Assembly: GCA_003176165.1 (NCBI GenBank)
Contig: PSRQ01000023.1
Location: 1 to 55,976 of the forward strand
Length of the DNA stretch: 55,976 nucleotides
Source of the DNA: Candidatus Cerribacteria bacterium 'Amazon FNV 2010 28 9'
GTDB lineage: Bacteria; Patescibacteriota; Microgenomatia; UBA1400; UBA12028
Direction: 5' to 3'
The position numbers were made by a program, and so were the translations under genes. Below are positions 9,549 to 19,031 of this stretch, in pieces. Each line of letters begins with the position of its first letter. Within the stretch, counting starts at the first letter, position 1. Under the pieces are notes generated by a model. It did no database searches. It was not told the origin of the DNA and saw only the letters and a list, made by a program, of their open reading frames with translations.

Positions 9549-12500
9549 TTAGAACGGAACTCCACTGTTTGCACCTGGCTCACGGCAGATTCCGCTGTTT
9601 GGATTACTTGGATCTCCTTTACTCATATCACAAAATTCTGATTGGCATTGTGTATTATCAGAACAACTGCTTTCGTCTGGTAATTTGGTGCCAGAACTAC
9701 AAGAAGCATCATCTAGCCCAAGCGGAGGTGGTCCAAATGAGTAGATTTCAGAATCTTTTCCGGTACTATCAAGATATCCCATTGTTCCATCGGCTTTTTG
9801 TGTATAGGTAAATGTACGAGTCGTGGTCGTATTATTGGCTTCGCAGATGGTCATCGTTTTTGCTGTAGCATTGGTATCGCACACGATAGCAACGTGTGAC
9901 CAAGGATTACTCGATGAGTTAAAGAAAACTGCTGATCCAAGGACTAATTGATCTGGAGAAGCCGTGGGATCAGAAGCGAGGACAGTTTTTCTCGTAGTAT
10001 TTTGTTCCCAATCTTCTTGCATCTTTTCAACACCGCCGTCATTGATTTTCCACCCAGCAACGTTGGCGGAATATATGGTGTTGACCAAATTGGTACACCA
10101 AGCCATATCTTCATACTTCACATCGTTGTTACATGAATCAAAGTTATATTGGCCTTTACCAAGTGGAGCAATACAAGCATTCCCATTTTGTTGGGGACGT
10201 GGATTACTGGCATCACCTTTTTCATACAAGGATTGATTCCAAAATTGACTGCGGATGGATGGGTCTGTCGGTTGGTCATAATCATCACAGAAGCCTGGAA
10301 CGAGTTGGGCAATATATTTTTTAGCTGCAGTGACGAGTCGATTGCACCCGCTTACCTTATATGACTGTGGTTGGGTGAGCGGAGGGTTATTGTATTTTGC
10401 AAAATTCGCAGCGGAAGCTTGGCAGTCGCTGTTATTTTCGCTCGGGGGATGGGACATGTCTAATTGGCAGCCGCTGTGGGAAACAGTGTCTTTAATTTGT
10501 ACACTATTGGGAATAATAGTGTCTTTTGCGATATTAATAGGTGTGGTATGTGTGGTGTCATTGGGATTATTGACACGAATTGCTTCGTAGTGAAGGTGAG
10601 GACCAGTCGCATTACCTGTTGCTCCCATTTGCCCTAAAAATTGGTTTGCACTAACTTGAAATGGCTGGTTGATGGGGATTCCAGTAGCGAACGCTGATAA
10701 GTGGCCATACACTTGAACAAAATCTCCTCGTTGTGGATCGCTCACGTAGATCCAAATCGAGTTTCCATATGGCGTTTTGTAACAAATCCCATGATCATCA
10801 TCGGGTGCAGGTTTGAAAAAATAACGACAGGTTGCTTTTGTGGTCCCTTCTGGATCTGTTTGTTGATCTTCTTCTGCCACAGCCGTGCCGCTATATGGAG
10901 CAAATACATTGGTTCCTTGTTTGTTGGTGATATCAACCGCTGCCCACCATCCATTTTGTAAGGCGGTGTTGGCTTCTGTGGAATTTGTTGGAACAATAAA
11001 CGTATGTCCATTCATTGGGAGGGCGCTATATTCGGGTGCTTTTCCTTCATACACAGAGTGAAATGATCCATCTGGATAGTATTGAGTTGAGGAGATTTTT
11101 CCATCCGTTGGCCAAGCTCCGGGAGAACAAGAGCCGGATGCAGAGCCTGGGCCTCCAACAGTAGGGACCAAGTATTGGCTCAGCATCGTTGGGACGACGA
11201 CAGTCGCAGTGATGATGCCGACTGCAGCGATGGGACCCACGACGACACCAGCAGCTCCTAGTGCTGATGAAAACGCTGGTGTCAAATGAGAGAGTGATGC
11301 TAAAAAGTTGCTTGCGGTTGCGACGGAACTGGCTCCTGCAGTAGCTGTATATCCTGCTGCTTGGGAGGCGAGAGCTCCTGCTGTAGGTGCGGCCGTTGCG
11401 GCTCCAGCAGCTGCTCCTTGAGCGGCAGCACCTGCCACTGTGGGAAGTTGTGAGGCTCCCCATTTCCCGGCAGTCGCGAGATTAAGCTCCGCATTTCCAA
11501 TTCCTTGAGCGAGGGATCCTCCACCAACGGTAATTTGCGTCGATGCATATCCAGCGCCGAACCCACCAAGAAGAGCTCCAGCTCCTGCTCCAAACACTCC
11601 ACCGATAAGCGTTCCTGCTCCGGGAACAATACTTCCAATTGCAGCTCCTACCTGTGCTCCCGCCCAACCTCCAGCGATGGCACCACCGACACCCACGGTA
11701 GCTGCCCCAGCTCCACCTGCAAGCCCTTGTGTGATCGCACCATAAATAAATGCCCCACCGACCCCGGCAGCGCCACCAATAGCTCCGGCGAGGAGTGGGT
11801 TTTTCGCGATGGTACTTCCTTGATCGACGGCTTTGGTGAAGTTTTGGAGATTGTTTTGTGATTTAAAGAGATCAGCGATCGATGAATTTGACGCATCACT
11901 TTGTTGATACCACTCATCGAAGGATGGCTCTTCTCCTTCTGCTGGCGCATAGCCGGTATCTGCATACAACTGATTCAATTGATCTTGATTGTCTTGCGCA
12001 TCCGTAAACATTTGACGCAAGATTGATTTGCGCATTTCCTCAGCGAGCAAGACATCGCGATCCACTTTTTGACCAGCATCTTGGGCTTCTTGGATTTCTG
12101 CACGCAGTTCACTTCCTGAAGTAGCAAAAACTTTTTCTGCAAAATCTTCGCGCGTGCGATAGTAGATTTGCATGCGCTTGCTGATCGTGTTGAGTTGATC
12201 GGTGATATGCAGTGCTTGAGCCGTGTCATTTCCTACGTCGACCGGTTCTTGAAGAGATAGGGAATCGCGTTTACTTTGGGTTAACTCTTGGACATACGAG
12301 CGTGCCAGCTCGTAAATTTGATTTGATTGTTCAAGTTTTGTATGAAGACGAGGTTGGTTAAGGGCTAGTTTGGTAAAGAAATCGCTATCGTTCGTTTTAA
12401 TGAGTGCTTGATAAAAAGCTGCGCGTTTCAGGACGTTTTCATCCAGCGCGTCGAAGTAACGAAGAGCTTTTGGATCAATGCCGTGGTCGATACAGTACTG

Positions 12501-13232
12501 GAGAAAAGAACTGCGCAAAAAGATATTGGCATTGCGGCGCATATCATTGCGCTTTTGCTCACGCTGATCTGCTGTTTGTTCTTCATGTGGTTTCGATGAT
12601 TGAAGACTTTGGAAGTGTGATCCTACTGTGTGAGATTGTTTTTGTTCAGGCTCAGGAACAGTTTCTCCTTTTTTTGCAGCTTCTTCCTCTCGTTGTGCTC
12701 TGTCGAGTTCTCCCTCTAGTTCGTGCAATTTATCATTTATATAGAAGACGAAAATTTGCAAGAAAATGATAAATCGGCCAGTCCAGTGAAAGGTCTCTGC
12801 AAACTCCTCAGGAGGAAGAGGGTTTTGCTTCAGTTCTTCACCGATGTTTTTTTCTTTGTTCCAGTCTCTCTCGATCTCTTGCATCCATTTGGGGTGGTTA
12901 CTGAGGACCGAGGGTATTTGAGGCAGTTTTTCGCTGTACTCTGTCCAAATGGGTCCGACGGGAATACCGAGCAGGGAATCTGTGATCCACTGTGAAAGTA
13001 AGGTCCGACCACCGAGATCTTTGATGATTTTAGAGGGAAGTTGCTTGCTCACGTTATCATCTGGAAGGGCACTGATTTCATCGAGCGTAAGCGATTGTAG
13101 TTCGTTCGTAATGGAGTTGGGGTTGGAGAGCAGTTGTCCAAAATACTGCCCCGAGAGGTAAATGTTGGCTTGGTCGCGCACGGAGAGGATGACGCGAATC
13201 TGATCAGAAATCTCTTTTGAGCTCATGCCCAT
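9549..13232 (-). CDS. PrgK/VirB1-like giant cell-wall hydrolase: coiled-coil N-region, Gly/Ala-rich membrane region, M23 peptidase, CHAP domain
   Basis: 1227 aa. Residues ~478-700 are a GxxxG-rich hydrophobic tract. M23 core: VDITNKQGTNVFAPYSGTAV ... VYGHLSAF ... GQMGATGNATGPHLHYEAIRV. CHAP: AWCTNLVNTIY (Cys), WSHVAIVCD (His), ICEANN. The C-terminal tail is Cys-rich. Confidence 0.85.
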   Translation of the reverse strand: MGMSSKEISDQIRVILSVRDQANIYLSGQYFGQLLSNPNSITNELQSLTLDEISALPDDNVSKQLPSKIIKDLGGRTLLSQWITDSLLGIPVGPIWTEYSEKLPQIPSVLSNHPKWMQEIERDWNKEKNIGEELKQNPLPPEEFAETFHWTGRFIIFLQIFVFYINDKLHELEGELDRAQREEEAAKKGETVPEPEQKQSHTVGSHFQSLQSSKPHEEQTADQREQKRNDMRRNANIFLRSSFLQYCIDHGIDPKALRYFDALDENVLKRAAFYQALIKTNDSDFFTKLALNQPRLHTKLEQSNQIYELARSYVQELTQSKRDSLSLQEPVDVGNDTAQALHITDQLNTISKRMQIYYRTREDFAEKVFATSGSELRAEIQEAQDAGQKVDRDVLLAEEMRKSILRQMFTDAQDNQDQLNQLYADTGYAPAEGEEPSFDEWYQQSDASNSSIADLFKSQNNLQNFTKAVDQGSTIAKNPLLAGAIGGAAGVGGAFIYGAITQGLAGGAGAATVGVGGAIAGGWAGAQVGAAIGSIVPGAGTLIGGVFGAGAGALLGGFGAGYASTQITVGGGSLAQGIGNAELNLATAGKWGASQLPTVAGAAAQGAAAGAATAAPTAGALASQAAGYTATAGASSVATASNFLASLSHLTPAFSSALGAAGVVVGPIAAVGIITATVVVPTMLSQYLVPTVGGPGSASGSCSPGAWPTDGKISSTQYYPDGSFHSVYEGKAPEYSALPMNGHTFIVPTNSTEANTALQNGWWAAVDITNKQGTNVFAPYSGTAVAEEDQQTDPEGTTKATCRYFFKPAPDDDHGICYKTPYGNSIWIYVSDPQRGDFVQVYGHLSAFATGIPINQPFQVSANQFLGQMGATGNATGPHLHYEAIRVNNPNDTTHTTPINIAKDTIIPNSVQIKDTVSHSGCQLDMSHPPSENNSDCQASAANFAKYNNPPLTQPQSYKVSGCNRLVTAAKKYIAQLVPGFCDDYDQPTDPSIRSQFWNQSLYEKGDASNPRPQQNGNACIAPLGKGQYNFDSCNNDVKYEDMAWCTNLVNTIYSANVAGWKINDGGVEKMQEDWEQNTTRKTVLASDPTASPDQLVLGSAVFFNSSSNPWSHVAIVCDTNATAKTMTICEANNTTTTRTFTYTQKADGTMGYLDSTGKDSEIYSFGPPPLGLDDASCSSGTKLPDESSCSDNTQCQSEFCDMSKGDPSNPNSGICREPGANSGVPF

Positions 13233-13270
13233 CTATTATATCTCGAAAGTGCGTGGCTGTGCTGATGGTA

Positions 13271-13299
13271 TAAAAAAGGCGCTGTTTTATACAGCGCCT
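13271..13299 (-). terminator. Rho-independent terminator after the 13316-13717 gene
   Basis: Perfect hairpin ggcgctg / cagcgcc with an A-run on the plus strand, which is a T-run on the minus strand. Confidence 0.6.
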
Positions 13300-13315
13300 C
13301 AGAATAAAAGGTCAG

Positions 13316-13717
13316 CTAGAAGGTACTCCACCATGAGTGAAGTGCTTCTATCGCTGCTTTTCCAATCTTCAGGATTAGCCATCCTCCTCCGTAAAGGATA
13401 GGGATGCCCAGAAATCCTGCGAGAACAGCTTGTGATATCGGTTGACCAATCGCAAGTGAATAAAAAAATGCCCCTCCGTATGAAACAGGAAGAAGTAAAA
13501 TTTTTACTCCTAAATGAACTGATCCGTACATCGCGGCCATAATTAACATTCTTCCTAGGAAAGTAAGAATGAGAGCGATAGGGGCTGCAAAAATGCCGAT
13601 ACAAACTTGATTGAGCGTGTCACCGGCAGGATATGCAAGTTTTAGCATGACCACAAGTATGATCCATACGGAAATGATCATAACACACCAGAGTGCCAAC
13701 CGAGTTATCTTACTCAA
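13316..13717 (-). CDS. Small polytopic membrane protein (about 4 TM)
   Basis: 133-aa hydrophobic ORF with an apparent TTG start. No recognisable motif. Confidence 0.6.
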   Translation of the reverse strand: MSKITRLALWCVMIISVWIILVVMLKLAYPAGDTLNQVCIGIFAAPIALILTFLGRMLIMAAMYGSVHLGVKILLLPVSYGGAFFYSLAIGQPISQAVLAGFLGIPILYGGGWLILKIGKAAIEALHSWWSTF

Positions 13718-13877
13718 GATATTGTCCTCTTTACTTTTTAAATGAGCGATTTGAATATTATAAGCCTATAAATACAAAAAAGGAATAGAGAGGTTATTCA
13801 AAGAGAAAAGAGAAGGTTGAGTAGTAAAAGGCACCTTCTCATATGAAAAAGATTTGGGTAGTGGTTCGGAAGAAGAG

Positions 13878-14195
13878 TTACCCTTCTTTAACCGGCCGTT
13901 TGAAAAACATGATAGAGATTACCTCTCCATGTTCTCTCTGTGTTGCGTCTGGATTTGCGTGTCCATCAACAACAGAAACCGGTTCCCAACCTTCTTGCTT
14001 GATTTTTTCCATCAAGATAGGAACGGAAACTCCGCTGCAGGGAATAGTGTCGTCATTAAAATCATATGCCGTACTATTTGCGCGGGAAGCGACTTGACCC
14101 CAAGGGCCTTCGTGGTCGCCTTCTTCATCTCGTGCAAATCTTGGTGTTTTCGTATTCCACCAGACATGAATTTCCAACGTATCCCACTTTTGCAT
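13878..14195 (-). CDS. DUF4177-like small protein (paralogue 1 of 3)
   Basis: C-terminal ILMEKIKQEGWEPVSVVDG...ISIMFFKRPV matches the GWEL-VSV...KR pattern of DUF4177. Chosen over the overlapping plus-strand ORFs because the motif is shared with its neighbours. Confidence 0.6.
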   Translation of the reverse strand: MQKWDTLEIHVWWNTKTPRFARDEEGDHEGPWGQVASRANSTAYDFNDDTIPCSGVSVPILMEKIKQEGWEPVSVVDGHANPDATQREHGEVISIMFFKRPVKEG

Positions 14196-14316
14196 TGTAG
14201 AATCTCCAACTTTTACAGAATGGAAAACTACTCAATTGAGCCTATAGCTATTTTATCTGCTTTTGTGTAGAAGTCAATAAAAAGGGGCGTCTTTAGGGCG
14301 CGCCCGTTCCCATCTG

Positions 14317-14541
14317 TTAATCTTTTCGGAACCACATTTCCTTGTCGTGGAATTCGCTTGTAGCGGATACGACAGAAACGAGTTTCCAGCCTTGCTGTTC
14401 AAGTCGTTCAGCATATTGTTCATCGCTAATATCTGACGATCCTACTTGATTAAGCCAGGCGACTGTATCTCTATCAAGATAGGCTTTCAACACGAGCCCA
14501 TCCTTTACGTTTACCTTTTTAACCACTTCATCTCTCCTCAT
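14317..14541 (-). CDS. DUF4177-like small protein (paralogue 2 of 3)
   Basis: AERLEQQGWKLVSVVSATSEFHDKEMWFRKD. A GC hairpin followed by a T-run on the minus strand sits at about 14281-14306, downstream of the gene. Confidence 0.6.
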   Translation of the reverse strand: MRRDEVVKKVNVKDGLVLKAYLDRDTVAWLNQVGSSDISDEQYAERLEQQGWKLVSVVSATSEFHDKEMWFRKD

Positions 14542-14557
14542 GATAATTGGAGTTTAT

Positions 14558-14977
14558 CTACAGGGTAACACGACGGAAAAGGCGATGTTGATACCATATT
14601 CCGTCGGTACACAATTCTTCTATTTCCCACCCCTCCCTTTTGAGATGCTCTACAAATGTTCGTAGAGCATCTTGGGCATGTTTATTGGATTCGATAGGTG
14701 AGCTTAAAGAACCCGTTGTAAAAACGTCCGACCGAATAGAAATTTCCCGCTGCCATAGGGTAAAGCATTGGCGAATAGGTGTATCACCTGGTGCTGAAAC
14801 AATGCTTGGACGAATGACGCAGTATTCAATCTGGCGTTGGCAGCAGTACGGACAATAGTTGTTCGTCTCCAGAACCGTTTTCCCACACTGAAAACAGATC
14901 ACGTTATCCTCAAAAACTACTTGGACAGATGCTCTAGACACAGTTATATGTGCCCAGAGAACTAGCAAAGTAACCAA
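14558..14977 (-). CDS. Zinc-ribbon plus DUF4177-like small protein (paralogue 3 of 3; start uncertain)
   Basis: CFQCGKTVLETNNYCPYCC zinc ribbon, then a C-terminal FVEHLKREGWEIEELCTDGIWYQHRLFRRV. A GTG at 14902 preceded by GAGGA is an alternative, shorter start. Confidence 0.5.
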   Translation of the reverse strand: MVTLLVLWAHITVSRASVQVVFEDNVICFQCGKTVLETNNYCPYCCQRQIEYCVIRPSIVSAPGDTPIRQCFTLWQREISIRSDVFTTGSLSSPIESNKHAQDALRTFVEHLKREGWEIEELCTDGIWYQHRLFRRVTL

Positions 14978-14991
14978 GTGCCTCTCTATAT

Positions 14992-15026
14992 AAAAAAGCA
15001 GGCCGTTTTTAAAGACCTGCTTTTTT
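14992..15026 (-). terminator. Bidirectional-looking hairpin terminator
   Basis: aaaaaaGCAGGcc...gaCCTGCtttttt lies downstream of the 15096-15338 minus-strand gene. Confidence 0.5.
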
Positions 15027-15095
15027 CGTAATTTACAATCGTTTTTCCTCAGGAACTGAGGAGTAACGAGCTGTAAATTGTTACACTCTTTTCTC

Positions 15096-15338
15096 TTACC
15101 GAAAGAGGCTCGCGATGCCTACGTATGCTGCGTAGATCATTAAGCCAACAACAAAGAGGAGGGGGGAAGTAAGAATGATGAAACCTAACGGGGTCATCCA
15201 GCAGGATAACGCAAATAATATCCATCCACTACTTGAGGTCATGAGGGAGCTACCAGGGAAAAAGACCATAAAAGGTAGTAGTCCCCCGAAAATCCAGGTA
15301 AGCAAGTAGAGGATCCCCCACTTTAGCCATTTTTTCAC
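15096..15338 (-). CDS. Small membrane protein (3 TM)
   Basis: 80-aa, strongly hydrophobic (MKKWLKWGILYLLTWIFGGLLPFMVFF...). Confidence 0.6.
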   Translation of the reverse strand: MKKWLKWGILYLLTWIFGGLLPFMVFFPGSSLMTSSSGWILFALSCWMTPLGFIILTSPLLFVVGLMIYAAYVGIASLFR

Positions 15339-15499
15339 TTTTCACCTCTTAGCCGAATCTGTTATAGAGCGATATGGTTATTATAACCCTATAGTAATAT
15401 TTTGCAAGCTGTTCGGTGTGAGGAATTGTAAACGATTCTTTGCTTCTTTCCCCTGAAATACATGATGAAATCTCTAAAATAAAGGAGTAAAATAGTCGT

Positions 15500-18400
15500 A
15501 TGCCAGAGTCTGAATCTTCATTGAAGCCACAACACATTCTCAATGAGAATAAAAATCTTTCGGATCCCCAAAAAGGGGTAGAAGGGTTTGAAAAAACATC
15601 AAGTAGAATAAAAATTGGTGGAGGCGAAAGAGAAAAACAATACTACTCTATTGCTGAAAAAATCTACGGCATAGTAGGGAAAATGAATGGATCTGATAAA
15701 ACGTATAAATTGAGTGAATCAGATAAAGGAACTTTACATGATATCAAGGACTCAATCCCAGACCTTATAGCAGCTGAAGATTCAGCTAGAGATGAAGATC
15801 TTAAAAGTGTTGATCCATCAAATACTACGGAAATGGATAGAATTCGCAGGCAAGCTGAAGTAAATAAAAATAAACACAAAGCTTTGGGAAGATATATTGA
15901 TAAGATTTTTGAAGAAAATTCAAAGAGAGAAACAGGACAAGGAAGCAATCTCCCTTCTGTAGAGTCAGCAAAAGTGGAAACTCCAACTCCGGAAAAAGTA
16001 AAATTGATTGAATTTAATGCAAATAATTTTGAAGATGAATTGGTATCTCGCCATGGGATGACTGAATTGGCTGATCTTAAGAAAAAGACCACTCAATTTA
16101 CCCAAGACTTAGCTGTTTTGCGTCCTGATTATTTTCCTGAAAGTGATTTAAATCGTCAAATTCCTGACACTAGTATGTTGCGGGATGTTAATTCGGCGAT
16201 TGATACAATCACGACTGTTGATCTACAAAATATTCAAAAACTTCGAGCGAAGTTAAATGATCCAGCCGTATTGGCTCTAGTTGTCATGGGTCTAGATCAG
16301 GGACAGCAAAGAGATAGAGAAAATTACATGAGGCATATACTTCCACGTCGCTTAGATGCTCTTCAAAAAACATTAGAAGATAAACGTCAGAAATTTCAAG
16401 AGAAGCGAGACTCGTTACTCACGAAGGATATAAGACATTCCGAACGGCCTGAAGTGTCTCAATTGAAGAAATTGATCGATACGGATTTCTCGACATTTAA
16501 TTTTACTGCTCTTAGTAATCTTCGGCAAAACATTGAAGCGGCACGTGCAAAAATAAATATTGCTCAAATCCAATCCGAATTGGAATCTCGAGGAATGTCT
16601 CCTTCTGCAGTAAAGCAAGAAATCGATCGAATTAAAGCAACTTACTTAGATAAAGTAGATGCTCATCTGCGAAGTATTGATGATCGTATGTTTGATGTAT
16701 GGAAGAATGAGTTTCTCAAGGATCCTTCCAGGGCGAAAGAATTTGTTGATCTCGAGAAAGCTCTGGAAGAAGTTCACACGTCGTCTCGTACGAAGTCTGC
16801 TGAAACAATGTCTCTCTACGATCGTCTTTTGGAAGCCCGTAAAGGAGTAGATGTTCAAAAGGTTGCTTGGATAAATATTTTACCTTCTTCAGAAAAGCAG
16901 ACAGAGGGGAATCGTTATATTTCTACCATTATTCAATCTGTAGAATCGAGCAAAGATGCCTTAATAAGAGAAGCAGAAGGATTGCTTCCTTCCGAGTTAT
17001 CTCAAGAACCTGAATATAAAAAGGTAGAGGATGCTATTGCAAAAGCGAAGCCTTTTGGAAATGTTTCAAAGGATAGTGATAAAAAGGGACTTGGTGACGT
17101 TTCGCTAGAAGAACAAAAGCGTTTAATTGATCAGGCATTACTTCAGTTTAATGAGACTGCAATAAAAGCGCGCTACCATAGTGAGTTACGATCATTGGTT
17201 CAATCAAAATTAGGTGAGGAAAAAGATAAAGCAGAAAAAGAGAAGCAATCTCTTATAGATGAAGAAAATAGGCGAATTAATACTGAAAGAGCTGTTGTTG
17301 CGGCCGGTTTGAGAAAAGCCGTTTCAGATGTTATTCATCTGGATGAAAAACAAGCTCTATCTCCGACGTATACATTGCAGCAATTAGAAAATTTACTTAC
17401 AGAGCTTGAAAAGACCGAACGAGAAGCTCGTGCAAATGGGATTGATATTCGTGATCCACAATATGGAGATCAAGGCTTTAATGATGCGAAAGAAAAAATA
17501 CAGAAGTTAATTCAAGAGAAAAAAGATATTAGTCGCGAAGGAATAGAAGCGTTGCTTAATGCACTAGAAGGAACTCAGAAAACATTTGATGAACAAGAAA
17601 AACTTTGGAACGAATTGACAAACGATCGTTTACCTAGAGTTAAAGAAAATGATCCAGCCTTATATGCGGAGCTATCAACAGAAGTAGAAGCTCGTAGAAA
17701 TTTACAAGCAACAGCTTCCATGGTAGAAAGAGCTTTTGGTTCTGGAAAGTTTATTAAAGAATTGAAACCTAGTGGTGTTGATCTTCGTTCTGAAGATATG
17801 GCGTATATCTTTAAGATGAAAGGTGTGGGGGATGCATGGAGAATTTTTGATGATGTGTGGCAAAACACAATCAAGATTGGTGGTGTTCAGATATCTGCTG
17901 CTAACTTTGAGCAGAATAAGTCCAAACTTATTGAGTATGTAGCAAGCCAGACAAATCCAACAGCTGCTCGAATGGCATATAGATTGCAAACATGTTTTAT
18001 GCGTCCGTCCGAGTTTGATCGCGAGCAAGCATGGACTGGAAAAGATGAGGTTCGTCAGGTGATGCATATTACCAAATACAGACGTAAATATGCTGATAAA
18101 CGTCGTGAATCAGGCCCAGAAATTACAATAAATGGATTCTTCAACGAAAAATCAAACTTTGACACTTCGGGAGCAAAGCCAGATAAAGAATCGTTCGCTC
18201 CCGTTGTTGTACTTCCTGATACGAGAAAACCATATGATGCAGGGTGGGATTTGTATCCTGGGTTTTTGCACTTCGCTTATATTGGAGACGTAGAGGCAGG
18301 TCCAGAAGGAAGATATGCAAAAACACCTCGCTTCAGAGATGCCGATGGAAAAATAGTAGATTTCAATAGTGATAAATATAGACGAGCAGATGGGAAGTTA

Positions 18401-18934
18401 GACGTAGAGCATATGCCTTGGGATCAATTAGAGACGGATGTACTCAAAACGTACATAGGACAAATGCAAACCGTTGGATATGAAATACATAACTGGATTC
18501 TTGAGCCAGAGCACGATGCGAAAAAAATGGCAAAAATGGATTATTTTCCATCCATTATGGCGAAATGGCAGTATTTGGAACCTTATATTTATAGAATTCG
18601 CGATTATACCTCAGCCTCAGCAGACAAAAAAGCTATCGATCCTAAAACTGGAAGGCCATATTGGGAAGTAGCGCGAGAAGCTACGGAAGCGTTTCGTCGT
18701 CAGTGGTTGCTTGGAATTATGGACAATAACTTTAATCAACAGTTTGAAGGATCTGGAAATTGGGATGACAATAACTTAAGAGACGTTTTAAATGCTGCCG
18801 TAGCAACTCATTTTATTACTCCTGAATCGAGAGAAATTATCATGAAAAATGCTGAAAAACTGAAGAGATCTATTGGTAGAATAGCTGCAAAAACAGCTCA
18901 GAAACTTCAAGATACGGTTATCGAGTCAGAGTAA
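15500..18934 (+). CDS. Large (1144 aa) hydrophilic coiled-coil-rich orphan protein with a ~400-aa globular C-terminal region
   Basis: Uninterrupted 3.4-kb ORF with AAGGAG 8 nt upstream of the ATG. K/E/D/Q-rich heptad-like sequence runs to about residue 730. The C-terminal part is aromatic-rich (PWDQLETDVLKTYIGQMQTVGYEIHNWILEP). No signal peptide, TM or NTPase motif seen. Confidence 0.85.
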   Translation: MPESESSLKPQHILNENKNLSDPQKGVEGFEKTSSRIKIGGGEREKQYYSIAEKIYGIVGKMNGSDKTYKLSESDKGTLHDIKDSIPDLIAAEDSARDEDLKSVDPSNTTEMDRIRRQAEVNKNKHKALGRYIDKIFEENSKRETGQGSNLPSVESAKVETPTPEKVKLIEFNANNFEDELVSRHGMTELADLKKKTTQFTQDLAVLRPDYFPESDLNRQIPDTSMLRDVNSAIDTITTVDLQNIQKLRAKLNDPAVLALVVMGLDQGQQRDRENYMRHILPRRLDALQKTLEDKRQKFQEKRDSLLTKDIRHSERPEVSQLKKLIDTDFSTFNFTALSNLRQNIEAARAKINIAQIQSELESRGMSPSAVKQEIDRIKATYLDKVDAHLRSIDDRMFDVWKNEFLKDPSRAKEFVDLEKALEEVHTSSRTKSAETMSLYDRLLEARKGVDVQKVAWINILPSSEKQTEGNRYISTIIQSVESSKDALIREAEGLLPSELSQEPEYKKVEDAIAKAKPFGNVSKDSDKKGLGDVSLEEQKRLIDQALLQFNETAIKARYHSELRSLVQSKLGEEKDKAEKEKQSLIDEENRRINTERAVVAAGLRKAVSDVIHLDEKQALSPTYTLQQLENLLTELEKTEREARANGIDIRDPQYGDQGFNDAKEKIQKLIQEKKDISREGIEALLNALEGTQKTFDEQEKLWNELTNDRLPRVKENDPALYAELSTEVEARRNLQATASMVERAFGSGKFIKELKPSGVDLRSEDMAYIFKMKGVGDAWRIFDDVWQNTIKIGGVQISAANFEQNKSKLIEYVASQTNPTAARMAYRLQTCFMRPSEFDREQAWTGKDEVRQVMHITKYRRKYADKRRESGPEITINGFFNEKSNFDTSGAKPDKESFAPVVVLPDTRKPYDAGWDLYPGFLHFAYIGDVEAGPEGRYAKTPRFRDADGKIVDFNSDKYRRADGKLDVEHMPWDQLETDVLKTYIGQMQTVGYEIHNWILEPEHDAKKMAKMDYFPSIMAKWQYLEPYIYRIRDYTSASADKKAIDPKTGRPYWEVAREATEAFRRQWLLGIMDNNFNQQFEGSGNWDDNNLRDVLNAAVATHFITPESREIIMKNAEKLKRSIGRIAAKTAQKLQDTVIESE

Positions 18935-19031
18935 GATTAAAACATTTTGTTGGAAATTTTCTCTTGTGTTTGCGGTGAACAACAGAGCTTTCTCCTGACC
19001 AGAGAAAGAATCTCTGATTTAAAGAGCACAA

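Noticed and set aside
11047-11965. Several 60-140-aa ORFs on both strands (for example 11047-11463, 11300-11638, 11482-11667, 11505-11861, 11648-11965)
   Set aside because: All lie inside the Gly/Ala-rich part of the 1227-aa hydrolase gene. GC-rich GGN/GCN repeats keep alternative frames open. The long frame with M23/CHAP motifs explains the region.
13843-14270. Plus-strand ORFs 13843-14097 and 13854-14270
   Set aside because: They overlap the minus-strand 105-aa ORF, whose C-terminal GWEPVSVV...FFKRP motif is shared with the two downstream paralogues. The plus-strand translations are Cys/Ser/Phe-rich and carry no motif.
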